This document shows positions 48,500 to 62,209 of a stretch of DNA of 64,000 nucleotides, in pieces (the stretch's first letter is position 1; every line of letters starts with the position of its first letter). Source of the DNA: Hypanus sabinus (taxonomy: Eukaryota); assembly GCF_030144855.1 (NCBI RefSeq), contig NC_082731.1:24862001-24926000 (forward strand), given 5' to 3'. The position numbers and the translations under genes were made by a program. The notes below the pieces were generated by a model that did not search any database, was not told the origin of the DNA, and worked only from the letters and a program-made list of their open reading frames with translations.

Positions 48500-50200
48500 C
48501 AATAATGAGAATTTAATGTAGCAGATTTTTAAACAGAAAACGTGAAGACAACATAAATATCATTACAAGGAAAAGTTTAAATACAAGTGGTATAGCAAAT
48601 AATAATAAAGAGGACACCGTCAGTTTCCGCAGAGAGATAAAATATAAAGGAGAATCAAGACCACTGAAAAACGATGCTTGAGAGGATTTAATGTGGGACA
48701 AATAAATTGCGGATAAGCTAGGTCGCATCCATTTATCATGTAATAAGAGATAACCAGAGCAACAGCCGAAATTAAAAAAAAAACGTCATGTGAACAATTT
48801 TGTATTAACAGCTTGTCTTATATCCTTAAGTCTAATATTGATTAGATAAGCAACAGAAAATGTGTTAATTTTAAGACCTCTCTGCTAAAAATACAGGCCA
48901 AATCTGTAACAAATCAAACTGAAATCTCATTTCCATACTCAAAAAAGCTAATATTACCTCCTTGCCCATCGAAATATTTAACTCGCAATATCTTTCTCCA
49001 CAGTCTCCCTCCTTTTTGATTTCAAGATCAATCATAAATATCAGAGATAGCAGATAGGTAGGCGCCTGACATAGGTGTCTCTTGTTTAAAAATTCTCCTC
49101 AGTAGATTCCGGAAAATAAGTTTCGGTGTTAACTCTGGGGAACATACGGATTTGAGTTGTACATCTGAAACACAATATGTTATAAACATACTATTACAAC
49201 AGTGTTAACAATTCCATAATGTACTAGATTTCTCCACGAACCAACCAATATGTTGCCAAAAATTTTCTTCGTGACATTATTCTCCTGGTTTTGCACTTTT
49301 CTGTATATGATCTGCCAGGTTGAATATATTTTCAGATTCATCAGGAATATTGATGAAATAATCCTGACTTACAACGGCACACATTCCTCTTTTCTGAGAC
49401 GACCCTCTCTTGCAGGGCCCAGTTTGAGTGGCGACTACTTCAGCAGTTAAGCCTTCATAAGTATTTCAAGCACAGGTAAGTCCAGACGCACAGTCAGTGA
49501 GGCAAATAACCCAATCTATCGTTAGCCAATTCATTTTCTTTTAGTTATCCTTCTTGTACAGTAATCTGCCAGAGTACGGAGCAGAGGGCTGTTGCAGTCT
49601 ACACTTCGTTCTATGGATCCACTTGGCTTTGCCTCGTACCTTGACTGCATTTTGGAGCAATTGATAGGACATTTCCATCTATAAATATACAAATAATCTC
49701 CTGTTTTCAATGGATGTCGATTTCCCCTCCCACGTTTGCAGAGCGCGGTGATCACTTTCAGTTGCTTGATTCTAATAGCTTCTAAGAAATCTTTTATTAC
49801 ATCTAGGGTTTCCTTATCAATAGATATCTGCCTTGTGTGGGCACTGTAAAAGAGGACCAAGGACACGTGGGCATAGGCCTTCCAAACAATACCTCAAAAT
49901 GTGTTAATTTAGTGGTTCTGTACACATGTCCAATGCATGCAGAACAATCAGCAGCGCCGGTGGCTATTTCATTCGCCTGTTGGCATTCATCGGCCAGAGT
50001 GCCTTTCAGTACTCCATTTGTCGTTTCCACTAAACCCGATTATTATAGTTAGGTTGCGTGCCACTCCAGGTGATTTACATGATTTTCTCAATGTTTTAGT
50101 CAATTTCTCCGCAAAGAGCTTTCCTCCATCTCCATTAGACTTACAACGAATTCCAAAACGGGGATTAATTTTATTTATCAATTATTTAATAACTACACTC
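48500..50200 (-). mobile_element. Class I (gamma/epsilon-like) endogenous retrovirus remnant: integrase and possible env TM
   Basis: INPRFGIRCKSNGDGGKLF (49987-50181), ETTNGVLKGTL...LTHFEVLFGRPMP (49803-50030) and HPLKTGDYLYIYRWK (49531-49866). Downstream on the same strand: LLQ..VFLAER...FCC at ~48850-48915, then a hydrophobic ORF at 48513-48728. Confidence 0.55.
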
Positions 50201-50313
50201 GTATCATTTCTTTCGTAAGGGAAAGGCGTTTGTGCCTTTACAGAAAATGTCCATTAATACTGACAAACAAGTATACCGACACCCTCCCCCCTGCACATAC
50301 ACACACACGCACA

Positions 50314-50560
50314 NNNNNNNNNNNNNNNNNNNNNNNNNNNNNNNNNNNNNNNNNNNNNNNNNNNNNNNNNNNNNNNNNNNNNNNNNNNNNNNNNNNNNNN
50401 NNNNNNNNNNNNNNNNNNNNNNNNNNNNNNNNNNNNNNNNNNNNNNNNNNNNNNNNNNNNNNNNNNNNNNNNNNNNNNNNNNNNNNNNNNNNNNNNNNNN
50501 NNNNNNNNNNNNNNNNNNNNNNNNNNNNNNNNNNNNNNNNNNNNNNNNNNNNNNNNNNNN
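50314..50560. other. Assembly gap (N run) following a (CA)n microsatellite
   Basis: Run of N after CACATACACACACACGCACA. Confidence 1.
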
Positions 50561-53559
50561 TCTATTTGTAGATTCATTAATGTTACTGATATTCACAGTC
50601 TTAAACTCAGACAAGACGTAAGCTCCACTGAATGTATGTAGCTCAGCGGCCGATGTTCCTTAAGGGAGTTAGTCCACATCCAAGCTGTAATGTTTCAAGT
50701 TTAGTTTTCGAAGTTCCAAACGTACATTCATCAGAGAAATGTATGCAATATACATCCTGAAATATTTTTTTTCGCAACCATCAACAAAAACAGTGGGGTG
50801 CCCCCAAAAAATGAATAAGAGTGAAATCTTAGAACCCCAAAGTCCGCCCCATTCAAGTCCCCCACTTTTCTATTCTAAGCAGCAGCAAGCAAGGATCACC
50901 CGTTCCGTCCACTAGCAAAAGAAAATAACATCGGCATCGAGAATCGAGCAATCAATCGTGCAGCAAAGCGACGGGAAGGACATAGATTTTCTGTACCACA
51001 AAGTTCACTCGTTCACCGGGTATTCGGCATACCACAGATTTTCTCTCTCTTTCTCTTTAGTAGGAGAGAAAAAGCTGTCTCCGTTTCACAGCGAGAAGGA
51101 AGTCATATCAATCAATTTGCTGGTTTATGATGTTAGAAGTTCTTGTCGTCGCTTTTTGCGAGCTCTGTGCCTAAAGATCCCGGGTTTTTTTGCACAAAGC
51201 CAGAGATCTTTTGATACCCGGACAAACTGCTGTCCTGCCGTGACACACACCTTCGATCGGCTTGTATCCGGAACCACGAGATCTCAAAAGCACCGATCTA
51301 AGCTCTTTGACCTCGTCCTTGGCATATCGAATAACGGCCAATCGTTAAATCCTGACGGCCGGTCCAGTTGCCAAAAACAACAGAAGCCAGCGTGCAGCTC
51401 TAGGACAAAGTCTTCGAAACAAACCGTGAACAGAGAATAGATAATTTATAGATGGAGTTAGAAGTAGTGTTAATACCTTTAGGCTTACTCAATTAAACCT
51501 CAATAATAAAAATCAGATCTGCGTTTATTAAATGGCAGAGCTAAACTGAATACGAGGGCAGATCTTGGCTTCAATAGTTAACGCACTGTTATGTCGTTCT
51601 GTGTCATTATGATTGGAAAAAATGGTGTCCTGTTTAAGGGTGGGAACTATTTTAAATTCAAATTTGGATTTGAAAATAGCATTACCTCATCTCGTAGTCG
51701 CCTTGCTGCTGTAAAGCCTAGTGTAACCGCTGAATTGAGGAGCAGCATTTCAGCGTGAAGTGTCATTCTATTAATTCGCTGGCTTTACAGTTATCACTGT
51801 CATATCAAGCCCGACGTCTGCTAATTTAGTGGAGATCTGTGCCACCGGTCGTTTCAAGCTACCGTTTTCTGTGATAGCACGGATCTCTCAAAACCCTCAT
51901 AACGTCAGTAAATAACCGGATTTTTCTAGCCCAAATAGGTGAGAAGTTGCTTCGCAAAACTTTGCCTTAGGTAATCAGAATTGTAGTCCATAGGTTTCCA
52001 GGTGGTTTAGTAGACACATAATGCAATGCAGTTAATAAATGAGATAACATTCCCTCAGAATGACATCACAATAGCATATGACAAAACAGACGACACCAGA
52101 AAATCTACGTAACGTTTGGCAATCCCCAATCCAGAGTCGGGAGAGGCTGCTGCATAGTAATATCGCGCTACCATCCAGCGCGTTCCCCGGAAAGAAGCTC
52201 CAAATCCAGCAGACAAAAAGAAGACCAAAATCGAAAGCTACAAGACCTGCACAAAACCACATAATTACAACATATAGTTACAACAGTGCCAACAATAGCA
52301 TAATTGATTAAAAAAAACACAGACTATGGGCATAGTAAAAATAGTCCAAGATGTTAAATGACTGTAAGTTCAAAAGAAATCACCACAGTTTCCACAAGTC
52401 CCCAGGATCCCGACAGACTCGCCATCCCACGCCGGCGGCAGAATGGAGTACCCCCGCTATGGACTTCCAAGGCGCCGCACGAATCAGCCTGACAGACGCA
52501 GCACACAATGAAAGTTCCGTCGAAACCAGCCTCGCAGACGCAGTATACAACGAGTTCATCATCAAGTTCCAAAATGACCCTCGATGCTGGCACCGATAAT
52601 ACATCCAAGTCGACTCTAGCAGCAGGTACTTAGACAACTGGCTTCTATGTATGGCCCTAAGCAAACGCGTCCAAGTATATTGTTGTCCATTGCATATAAA
52701 GGCAAATATACATTAACCGTATCGTACAGAGTGATTGTAAAGAGAGCACAGCAGTGGTCAACCAAGAGGTACCATCGAGATTTAGATGATACAGTGGCCA
52801 AAGCGACATTTATGTCCGTTCCAACCGGGAAAATGACATGTTCTATCTGTTTGCAAGCCTGCAAATCGTGCACAAACCTTTAGATATCTATGTTGCCGTT
52901 TAGGGACGAGCAATATTGTACAATACGCACAAGGGTAGGTCCACATCTTCAGTTAAAGTGCAGGGTTATGCTGAGGAGAAGACGATGTGGTTTTTCTATC
53001 TGAAGGTATAGAATTAGTCACTATAACTTCGGTATCGGCAGCAATCTGAAGGGTTTCCTAAATTTATTCTCTTAACAGATTTACTATCGGGACCAGATAT
53101 TTGTGCTTCGAAGAGTATTTCATTCTCAGTCTACATGAAGTAGGAGTTGGTGTGCTTCCAGGAAGTCATTTATCTGAGAAAGATTTTTCTGCATTTTGGC
53201 TGTTACACTTTCTGGGCGACAATGCATTTCGCCTGTAAAACATCAACTATAACACTGTCCGTCATGAGCTTCGGCTTATGCTATCTGAAATTCATCATCA
53301 ATTTGAATAAGTGTCCACTGCTGATAGAAAACAAATTAAAATATTTGCATCGCTGAAGACCATTCTGTTTCAATTTTATTCCCACTATATTTCGAAACCG
53401 TTTTTAAATCAGCAAGTGAAATCAGCAAGAGGGCTCACTCTTACTTGGATACGTCCATAAACTTCCAAAAAATATTTTGCAGCCTAGCCCTTGCTAGGAT
53501 TGTCTGCTTGGCGTGTTCTAAGCAGGTCTATATAGTGGATACCACTTCGACCCTCACAC

Positions 53560-54520
53560 ATCCTCCCGTCAACACAAGAGTGACCCTCTTCCCTTTGTCC
53601 TCACCTACCACCCCGCCATCCTCCGCAACCAGCATATTATCCTCCGCAATTTCCGCCACATTTCACAGGATCCCACCACTAAGCACATATTTCCCTTTCT
53701 GCCCCTCTCTGCTTTTCGCAGGGATCGTTCCGTCCTCGACTGCCTGGTCCACACGTCCCTCCCCACATATCTCCCACCTGGTACTTATCCCTGGAAGCGT
53801 TAGTGCTGCACCTGTCCCTACATCTCCTCACTTACCACTAGTCAGTGCCCCAAACTGCGCTTCCAGGGGAGGCAACACTTCACTGGTGAGTCTGTCGAGG
53901 TCAGTTATTGCATCCGGTGCTCCCGGTGCGGACTCCTCGATATCCGCGAGACCCGACGCAGAATGGGGTACTGCTTCGTCGAGCACCTCCGCTCCGTCCT
54001 CCACAACAGACATAATCTCCCGGTCGCCACCCTCGTCAACTCTGCTTTACAGTCCCATTCGGATATGTCAATAAATCGCCTCCTCTACTTCCATGATGAG
54101 GCCAAACTGAGTTTGGAGCAGCAACATCTCATATACCGCCTGGGTAGTCTCCAGGCCCTCGGTATGGTAATCGAATTCTCCAAATTCCGGGAATTCCGTC
54201 CCACTCCCTTCCGCCATCCTACTTTCACTCTGCCTCCTCTTCCAGCTGCCTATCACCTTAATTTTGCCTTCCTCTACTACTTATATTGCTTTTATCCTTA
54301 CATCCCTTCCTCACCTTTCCTGCCTATCCGCACCCTATTTCCTCTCCCCGACCACTTGAACATTCCTCTGATTGTTTTTTCACCTGGCACCTTCCACGCT
54401 CGTTATAGGGCCCCTGCCCCCTCCTTCTTCAGTCCTGACGAAGAGTCTCGGCCGAAACGTTGACTGCTCCTTTCACCGGATGCTGCCCGACCAGCTGACT
54501 TCATCCATCTTGTTTGTACG
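53560..54520 (+). mobile_element. Penelope-like element 3' part (GIY-YIG and pseudo-LTR)
   Basis: ORF 53963-54463 FVEHLRSV...PVAT..NS..SHSDMSI..L...QQHLIYRLGSLQALGMVIEFSKFR. Tail AGATGCTGCC-like. Confidence 0.85.
54430..54466 (+). ncRNA. Minimal type I hammerhead ribozyme motif in the Penelope pseudo-LTR (stem II mutated)
   Basis: CAGTC-CTGACGA-AGAGTCTCGGCC-GAAAC-GTT-GACTG. Stem I CAGTC/GACTG pairs, the core CUGANGA...GAAA is present and the palindrome ACGT is present. Confidence 0.65.
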
Positions 54521-56539
54521 TGTTCATTTATATAGTGGGGTTATCCTCACGATCACCTGCATTCAGCAGCCGTTCATTCGTCTACCTTCTTGGCCACTCC
54601 CCAGGAGTTTAAATACTGTTCTAAGACTTGTCTCCGCCAAAATCGAAGTCAATATCCAAGGTCAGTCATTTTGAAATGGCGCACTGACTGGATGGGCCAC
54701 ATGGTTAAGTTCTGATTCCATATTTTGTTATGTTGTTATGCTATAACTGACACATTTGGCTGCTTATGGCTACCACAGGACGCTTAAAATGTGGAGCAAC
54801 CGAGGAAAAATAGTTGAGCATGAAGAACAGTTCTGCCAGACGGAAGTGGGAAGTGATTTCGTTGGCACGTTTATACAGAAAGAGATAGATAATGATGTCG
54901 TTTTCCTAATGCGTTATATCAGTTGTGGAAATCCATGGTGTAAATGAGATTGTCCGATTCATGAAAATGAAAGTTAATGAAGATATGGAGAGCATGAGAG
55001 GTGCTTGATGAAGACTGAAAGAACACAACGAATGGGGATGGAATGGAGTGGAGATAACCATTTAGATCTGATTATCAATGACAGAAGCGAATATCGCTGG
55101 GTAAGCGAACTATGAGTCTGGAGGCACTGAATGGGAGCTTTTCACAGAGGATGAGGATAGCTTTAGTGTCATAGAGACGGTTCTCATGGTGTAGAGTAGG
55201 ATCCGATTGATGTCGTAGGTACGTGAAGGTGTCTGAAATTTGCCGCACGCCTTCAGGAATGTAGAGGTCAGTCCGCCAGGCAACAGCAGCACAGACATTT
55301 CTGTAAATTCGATGGTCAGGTTGGTATTGCTACAGACAGAGTTTTGGCTAATGCGCTCATAAGGGTTAATGTTACAGGAAATGACAGAAGTGTTGACGTC
55401 AAGACGTTTGCACCTGTTCCGCAATTGGAAGTGGAAAGATCCTAATCAGGCAGAGCGCTAGAACGGGTTGTCGAAGAACATGAGTAGAGTTGGAGACGGC
55501 AGAAGGGGTGGTCAGTGCGAGGACTAAATCCTTGCAAAGAATAGGCTCCTAGGCTAGGGCGACGGAAATAGAGGTCGACGTCTTAGCCAGTGCAGAACTC
55601 ATTTGACTGTGGACCAATGAGTACAATGGTAACGTTGTTGCTATGTACAGAGTGTTCCGCCTCAGAGAATGGAAGGTTGAGCTTGTAAGCCTTGCATATC
55701 AAATTGCATTTCGTTTCGTCCTTTTTTCTATCCGCCGTTAGTATTTGCCCCGACTGCTAACATTCCTTATTATATAGCAGCTTTCATTTAGGCTTAGACT
55801 ACACAGTTTTCATAGCGGATTCAGTCTATACAAAGATCAGCATCGATCCCACAGGTTTCCTTCAGTACTTGGAAATATGAAAGCTCCCTGACCAACACAG
55901 GCTGCTGATACAGCCTACACAAACAGTCATCACAGAGCATTATACTTAATCAGCGACTTTGCACACTTTGCTATAGTTTCGCGCCTTCAAAATTTGTGAG
56001 CTACGGATTACCACCCACATCGCCACAATTCGAAGTCGGTGGGTAAACGGATTTCAAACATTTCAATTCGACCAGAACTGCACGGACCAGTTCCTCATTA
56101 CCTGCACATTGCTCACACCCGCAGAAGATCAATTCGTAGATTAGTGGAGTGTGCAAACGAAAGTATATTTATTACTGTCCCTGTGATTACAATTTCTTGG
56201 TGAATGCCAAAGATTTTTTCGTTGACCGTCTACGGAAAACTGCAGTTTATACTTGGATTAGCATGGTATCTGTCTCCTTAGCCAACCGTCTCCCACTCCG
56301 TGTATTTAACTGTGTCGTTTTGGCGAGTGTCGCCTCATATAAACAGAACTGAATACGAACGGCTTCCTCAGAGAGTTCCGTCTGCTGTTTAGAATTGGAT
56401 CGAAGTATCAACAGGGACCAGTTAAAATTGCAGTCATGTGGATCAATTGAAACCAGTCTATTTTAATGTAAGTGCATCAGAAACAAGTAGAAAACATTTT
56501 GAGTAAGGATGATGAACGTCGATACATTCAACTACTACA

Positions 56540-57520
56540 TAGTTGTCAGTACAGAAACTTGGTCATCAGAAAGGCAGGGACAGTTGCTGTATGTTCCAGA
56601 GTGTAAATGTTTCAAAGCTAACAATAATGTTGCTAAAAGACTCTGGGAGTGACATGGTTAATCAGAATACTATCATACAGCAGAAAGGGTAGATGGTGTG
56701 GAAGGACTGTTTACTAAGTCAATGGTGATAGAATTTAGAAACATAGATAAAGAACAGTTACATACTCAGGACTATTCTAGAGACACTCAAAAACATCCAA
56801 CCCCAAAACAACTAAAGGGACGCCTGTGAAGTGATCGAGAACGTACTTTGAACATGGACAGAATACAAGTTGGTACTCAGTGAATGAATTCAATTTCCCT
56901 AATATAAATTGGAACCTTTTAGTGAAAATCGTTATGTAGGACGTAAATTTATTTTGCGCATCCATGAAACAAACAAAAAAGATACGATACTAGAAGCCAG
57001 GCAGGGTCTGATGAGAAGCAACCAAGCTGGTCATATATCAGATCAGTTGATGGGTAAGAACTTCACTTCCGTCTATAATAACTCACTTACATTTGCAATA
57101 CGAAGATAAGTAATGCTATTCGGTATGGATATGCAACTGAATTAGGGGAAAATAAATTTTCCTGTTAATAGGCAGGAACTTCGGAACATGAATTAGGAAC
57201 ACATGCATTCAGGGAAATGTACAACTGAAAGGTAAAGCCTGATACGGGAGATCTTACTTGGAGTTCTTCATAGGTTTGTCCATTCCTGGCAGTGAAAGGT
57301 AGCAAGATGAATCGACCGTGCCTGAAAAGTAAGGTTCAGACAGCAAGGATCATAAACTTTCTACAGAATTCCAATGATCTCTGTTTCCAAGCTTGGGAAC
57401 GTTGAAGGGTTTGACCAAGGCATGGAAAGCCTACTGTTTAACAACGGGAATACGGAAAAAAGTATAAGATGCTGACAGTATTCAATTTGCGAAAAGGATT
57501 GTTTTTGTTTAGTGTTGCCA
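56540..57520 (+). mobile_element. Degenerate CR1 endonuclease region
   Basis: Similar to endonuclease-encoding stretches of other CR1 copies in the window (GAATTCAATTTCCCTAATATAAATTGG, from GDFNFP.IDW). Confidence 0.5.
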
Positions 57521-57789
57521 TGGTGATAATTCAAAAAAGGGTGGAGATTGATACTTTTTTTTTGCTGAGATGCTTAGGATTTGACATGTATGCTGTCATC
57601 AGTCAGCAGACTGGAAACTGACGTCGCATTTTTTAATGCGTTTAGCCGTTCAGAGATGTTAATTGTAGGGTACACTGTGCTATTTTCTACTGAACTAACC
57701 AACCTGACAAAAAAAAAAAAAAATCAGGTTTCTACCAAAGAATATCTGATTTTTGAGTGGCTAAATGTGATAATATGTTGGACAACAGG

Positions 57790-59735
57790 AGGAAGAACAG
57801 ATGGAATAAAGAATACGTACACACCGCTGGAAGAACTCAGCAGGTCAGGCAGCATCCGGTAGAAAAGAGTAGCCAACGTTTCGCGCCGAGACACTTCAAC
57901 AGGAATTGGGGGTTAAGAGAGGTCCGAAGCCCAGCCATAGAGATAGCGGAGGGGGAAGGGCTAGAGGGGCAAGGTGGAAAACCAATCAGAGGAAAGATAA
58001 ATGGGGGAGGGGATAAGAATGAATGAACTGTAGAGATAAAGGAGCGGAAACTTGAAAACGTAAAGCGGCAGAGAGGGACCTGGGATAGGGGGAGGGGAGG
58101 GGAGGGAACTACCGGAAATTGGAGAATTCAATGTTCATACCACCAGGCTAGTGGCTGCCCAGACGGTAGTTGAGTTGTTGCTCCTTCAACCTGAGTTTGG
58201 GCTCATCATGGCAATAGAGGAGGCCATATATGAACGTTTCTAGATGGGAATGAGAGGCAGACTTGAAGTGGGTGGCAACCGGGAGGTCCTGTCTATTGTG
58301 ACGGACGGAGCGGAGGTGCTTGATGAAGCGGCCCCCCATTATGCGGCAGGTCTCGCTGATGTAGAGGAGGCCCCACCTGCAGTACGGGATGCAATAGACA
58401 ACTCCAGCAGACTCGCAGGTGAAGTGTTCCCTCACTGGAAGGACTGTCTGGGGCCCCGAATGGTGGTAGAGAGTGTGGTGTTGGGACAGGTGTAACATTT
58501 TCGCTTATAGAGATAAGTGCCGGGTTGGAGTTCTGTGGGGAGGGACGTGTGGACCAGGTTGTCGCGGAGGGAACTATCCTTTGCAAAAAGCTGAGACGGG
58601 TAAGGAGGGAAATATGTGCTGGGTTGTGGGGTCCTGTTGAAGGTGGTGGAAGTTGAGAAGGATAATGTGCTGGATCCAGAGGCTGGAAGGGCTGTAGGTG
58701 AGGACAATGGGAACCCTGCCCCTGTTGTGGTGACGGGAGGATGGTTTAAGGCTGAATTGCGGGATGTGGAGGAGATAAGGGTCTCGGCATCTTTAATGAC
58801 GCCAGAAGGGAAACCACGAGCCTGAAAGAAAGAGGACATTTGAGATGCCCTGGAGCGGAAAGCTTCATCCTTGGAGCAGATGTGGCGGAGACGGAGGAAC
58901 TGGGAATAGGGAATGGCATTTTTGCATTGGACAGGATGGGAAGAGGTATTGTCAAGATAGTTATGGGAGTCAGTGGATTTGTAGACGATGTCAGTGGATA
59001 TTCTGTCTCCGGAGACGGAGACCGAGAGATCAAGAAAGGGGAGGGAAATGTCCGAGACGGACCAAGTGAATTTAAGGGCTGGCTGAAAGTTTGAGCCAAA
59101 GTTGATGAAATTGACGAGCTCAGCATGGGTGCAGGAAGCAGCACCAATGTAGTCATCAATGTAGCGGAGGAAACGTTGGGGTGAGGTGCCAGTATAGATT
59201 TGGAGCATAGACTGTTCAACATAACCCACAAAGAGGCAGGCATAGCTGTGACCCATGCGAATGCCCATGGCTACACCCTTGATCTTGAGAAGGTGGGAAA
59301 AACCAAAGGAGAAGTTATTGAGAGTTAGAACAAATTCTGCCAACCGGAGAAGTGAGGTGGTGCTAGGGAAATCATGGGGTCTGTTATCCAAAAAGTAGCG
59401 GAGGGCTTTGAAGACTTCTTGATGTGTGATAGAGGTGTATTAGTATTGGACATACATGTTAAAAATGAAGCGTTCGGAGCCGGGGAATTGGAAGTTATTG
59501 AAGAGGTGAATGGCATGGAATGTATCCTGGATGTCGGTTGGGAGAGTCTGAACTATGGGGAATAAAATGGAGTCCAGGTCGGCAGACACAAGTTCGGTGG
59601 GGCAGGAACAGACTGAAACTCTGGGTCTGCCGGGAGAGTCAGATGGAATAAATGCTGATGAATGAGCGATGAGTACCAATTCAAGGATTGGCCATTGTAT
59701 TTCTCGTCGATTCTGACGTTCCATATCTGGGCAGA
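57790..59735 (-). mobile_element. Penelope-like element (RT, GIY-YIG and pseudo-LTR), 5'-truncated
   Basis: ORF 58432-59391 (319 aa) has GVAMGIRMGHSYACLFVG, FLRYIDDYIG and LPFLD. ORF 58148-58498 has GVVYCIPYCRWGLLYISET (GIY-YIG). Decayed hammerhead at 57871-57906. Confidence 0.92.
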
Positions 59736-62209
59736 CAGCTCAGGAAATCGAGGAACAATCATTGATAGAGGGACAAACGATAGTAACGCCTCAGTTGATT
59801 TTTTTTCAAATTTGTCCAAAAATTCTACCTTATCCCATGTGATTGCATTCAATTCACTGTCTGCAATTCTCTAAACTTTAAAAGAAATTTCATAACCTAC
59901 GCATTATGTGTATCTACGGCTATTCACCCTATCCCGAGGTTATACTGCAACAAATTTATTGTCAAATGTTTGCTTACGTCCCTTTCTATTCTCCAATACC
60001 TACCAATACCAAATGTTTGAGTTTTAGGTCCATCGCAATGCTGCGACTTATCACGATTACAACTTCGGATATGAACAGTTCATTCTGTTTTAAATTGTAT
60101 GTTTACACACCGAGAAATAGTTCTTGGCACATATTCAATGTTTTACCCATGTATAAAATTTCCGAATTTCAAAAGAATAATTGTAAATCACAAACGATTT
60201 TCAAACACAGGGACAATATTTACGAATTAAGATAAAATAGGAACGAGTTGGAAGCGAAGGAGTTGTCTTTCGTAGAATAACCAGTGTGTGGAATACATTT
60301 TTGTCCTACTTCCATTCACAACATTTTCTGTCATTTGGCACTGGTAATAACACCCAATGTTTTATTTTAGTTTATAAAGTTCTGTGACCAGTTAACATTA
60401 TTTGCAAGCGATGCCTATTAGGGTCATTTTATTGGAAAAAAATAATTAATGTTCATCCAAAAGCTTCTGGGCACAACGACGCTAGCCACCAGTCATGGCA
60501 TCAGTGAGCACTGAATCCGTGACCGAACAAATGAAGGTTAATCATGTTTTATGTTCTAAGAGATAAATATCAGTGTGGTTTCAATATTCCCATGCACTAA
60601 ATAAATGTAACGGTTGTGTGGTTCGCTGTATGCCTAGTAACATAACTGCTTATGTTAGATTTTGCTTCTGCAGACAAAAAAGTTTCAATGTCACTTTAAT
60701 TTGCCAACCGTTCCTTTTGTGTAATCAATCTCACATGAGTGCCAGCACATTTTGCTGCCGGCAGTGTTATTTTTTTGGAAAGCAGCCCTTGTTACCAGTG
60801 TTATTTTTCTTGTATTTTTTCTTACAAAATAAAGACTGACCATTGTTGTAACGAGAATCAGAGTACAGAACAATGGGTGAAAGATGAAGTTTATGACAAA
60901 CAAATATGGTCTCAGGAAAAAAAAAGTGATGTTCAACAATAAGGCTTCTGTACATTGGATAGTGGACATCTATCACAGCCAGTAGCATATTACTGCATCT
61001 TATTTACTACTGTATGTTATGACTTCCGTTCATTGGGAGCATGTAAATGTCTGAAAATGGAGTTGAGTCCTTATGTAAAGGCATTTTAAGGAAAGAAAGG
61101 TAAAGGAAACGAATGTAACATTTTCTCAGACAACATTGCATTAAATGGGAAACAGTTACCACCACTGCATTGTGAAGTTATGTTGGTAAAGATTGCACCG
61201 CTAATTTCGTATGGTATTTCAATTATTGGTTTTCTTTTCAAACAGTCTGTTGTGCTGATCGTGTTTCGGTTACCGTTAAAGTTAACGGATATTGTTACTC
61301 ATGCATAGGAATGTTTTGTGGTCCAAACAGGGTGGACCAAGATTGGAACTGCTACCGGGGATCCTGACTAGAGGTTGGCGCAGTGAATACATCATCTTTT
61401 GGAAGTCTTGAAATCCAACCTGTTCACAACTGACTAATTATTTGTGTCCTTCTGTTTCTTATTCCTGTCTTTCCTTAATAACTGTTTTGTTCAGTTAACA
61501 TTTATAAATGACGTTCTTCATAATTTAATGCAGTGTACGAACTGTTACTACTTGCCGACAGGCAATTGCACGCTCCAGAATTTACACAGAATTCATACAG
61601 ATCGGTGTTCGAGTGAGCGAGACTTTCCAACTTTCCTGTGTTCGGCGACGCAAGCCTTATCGACCCTAGACGAACGGAGCGTGGTAATGTGTTTTTCTTT
61701 TAATTCCACGGTATGATCAGCAGCTTGAACGATGGACTATAGGGCCGCATTGCTAAAGACACCCGGTAAAAGAGGTTTACATGAATTCGGCTGACAATTA
61801 ACTCCATGTTTTACAACGCATAAACGATTTGTAAAGCACTCTCAGTAGTTACAGAGGACATTTATTTCTTGCTAAATCCACTGCATTGTTGCATGGGACA
61901 AGGCCGATTGTACGTAGCAGAATCCGCGTTGATTGTCAGGTCACAATTTTTTTTTTTTACTATAAGCACAAAATCTTCCCGTATTGATCACCCTTCTGTA
62001 CACCCTTCTGTAAGTGTCCTGCGTCCTGCAGCTAAAGAGATGAACGCTGATATCCAGAGAGTGACACACACACACACGTGTAATTTTTTTGAGCTTAGGA
62101 CGGTTGCTTACTTCCTGAGATGTAAACTGAAATATAATCACTGCCTCGTGTTGCGAGATACGGTCCAATCTTCATGTAAACCATTGTATACAGATGCAAG
62201 CATATAGCG

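Noticed and set aside
50204-50621. ORFs spanning N runs (also 22303-22524)
   Set aside because: Artefacts of assembly gaps.
50640-52700. ORFs of 76-160 aa in two GC-richer stretches
   Set aside because: No recognisable domains. They look like interspersed repeats whose family could not be named from the sequence alone.
61228-61370. Strong acceptor followed by CCADRVS, like a V exon start
   Set aside because: Stop within ~40 codons, no V core motifs, no leader and no RSS.
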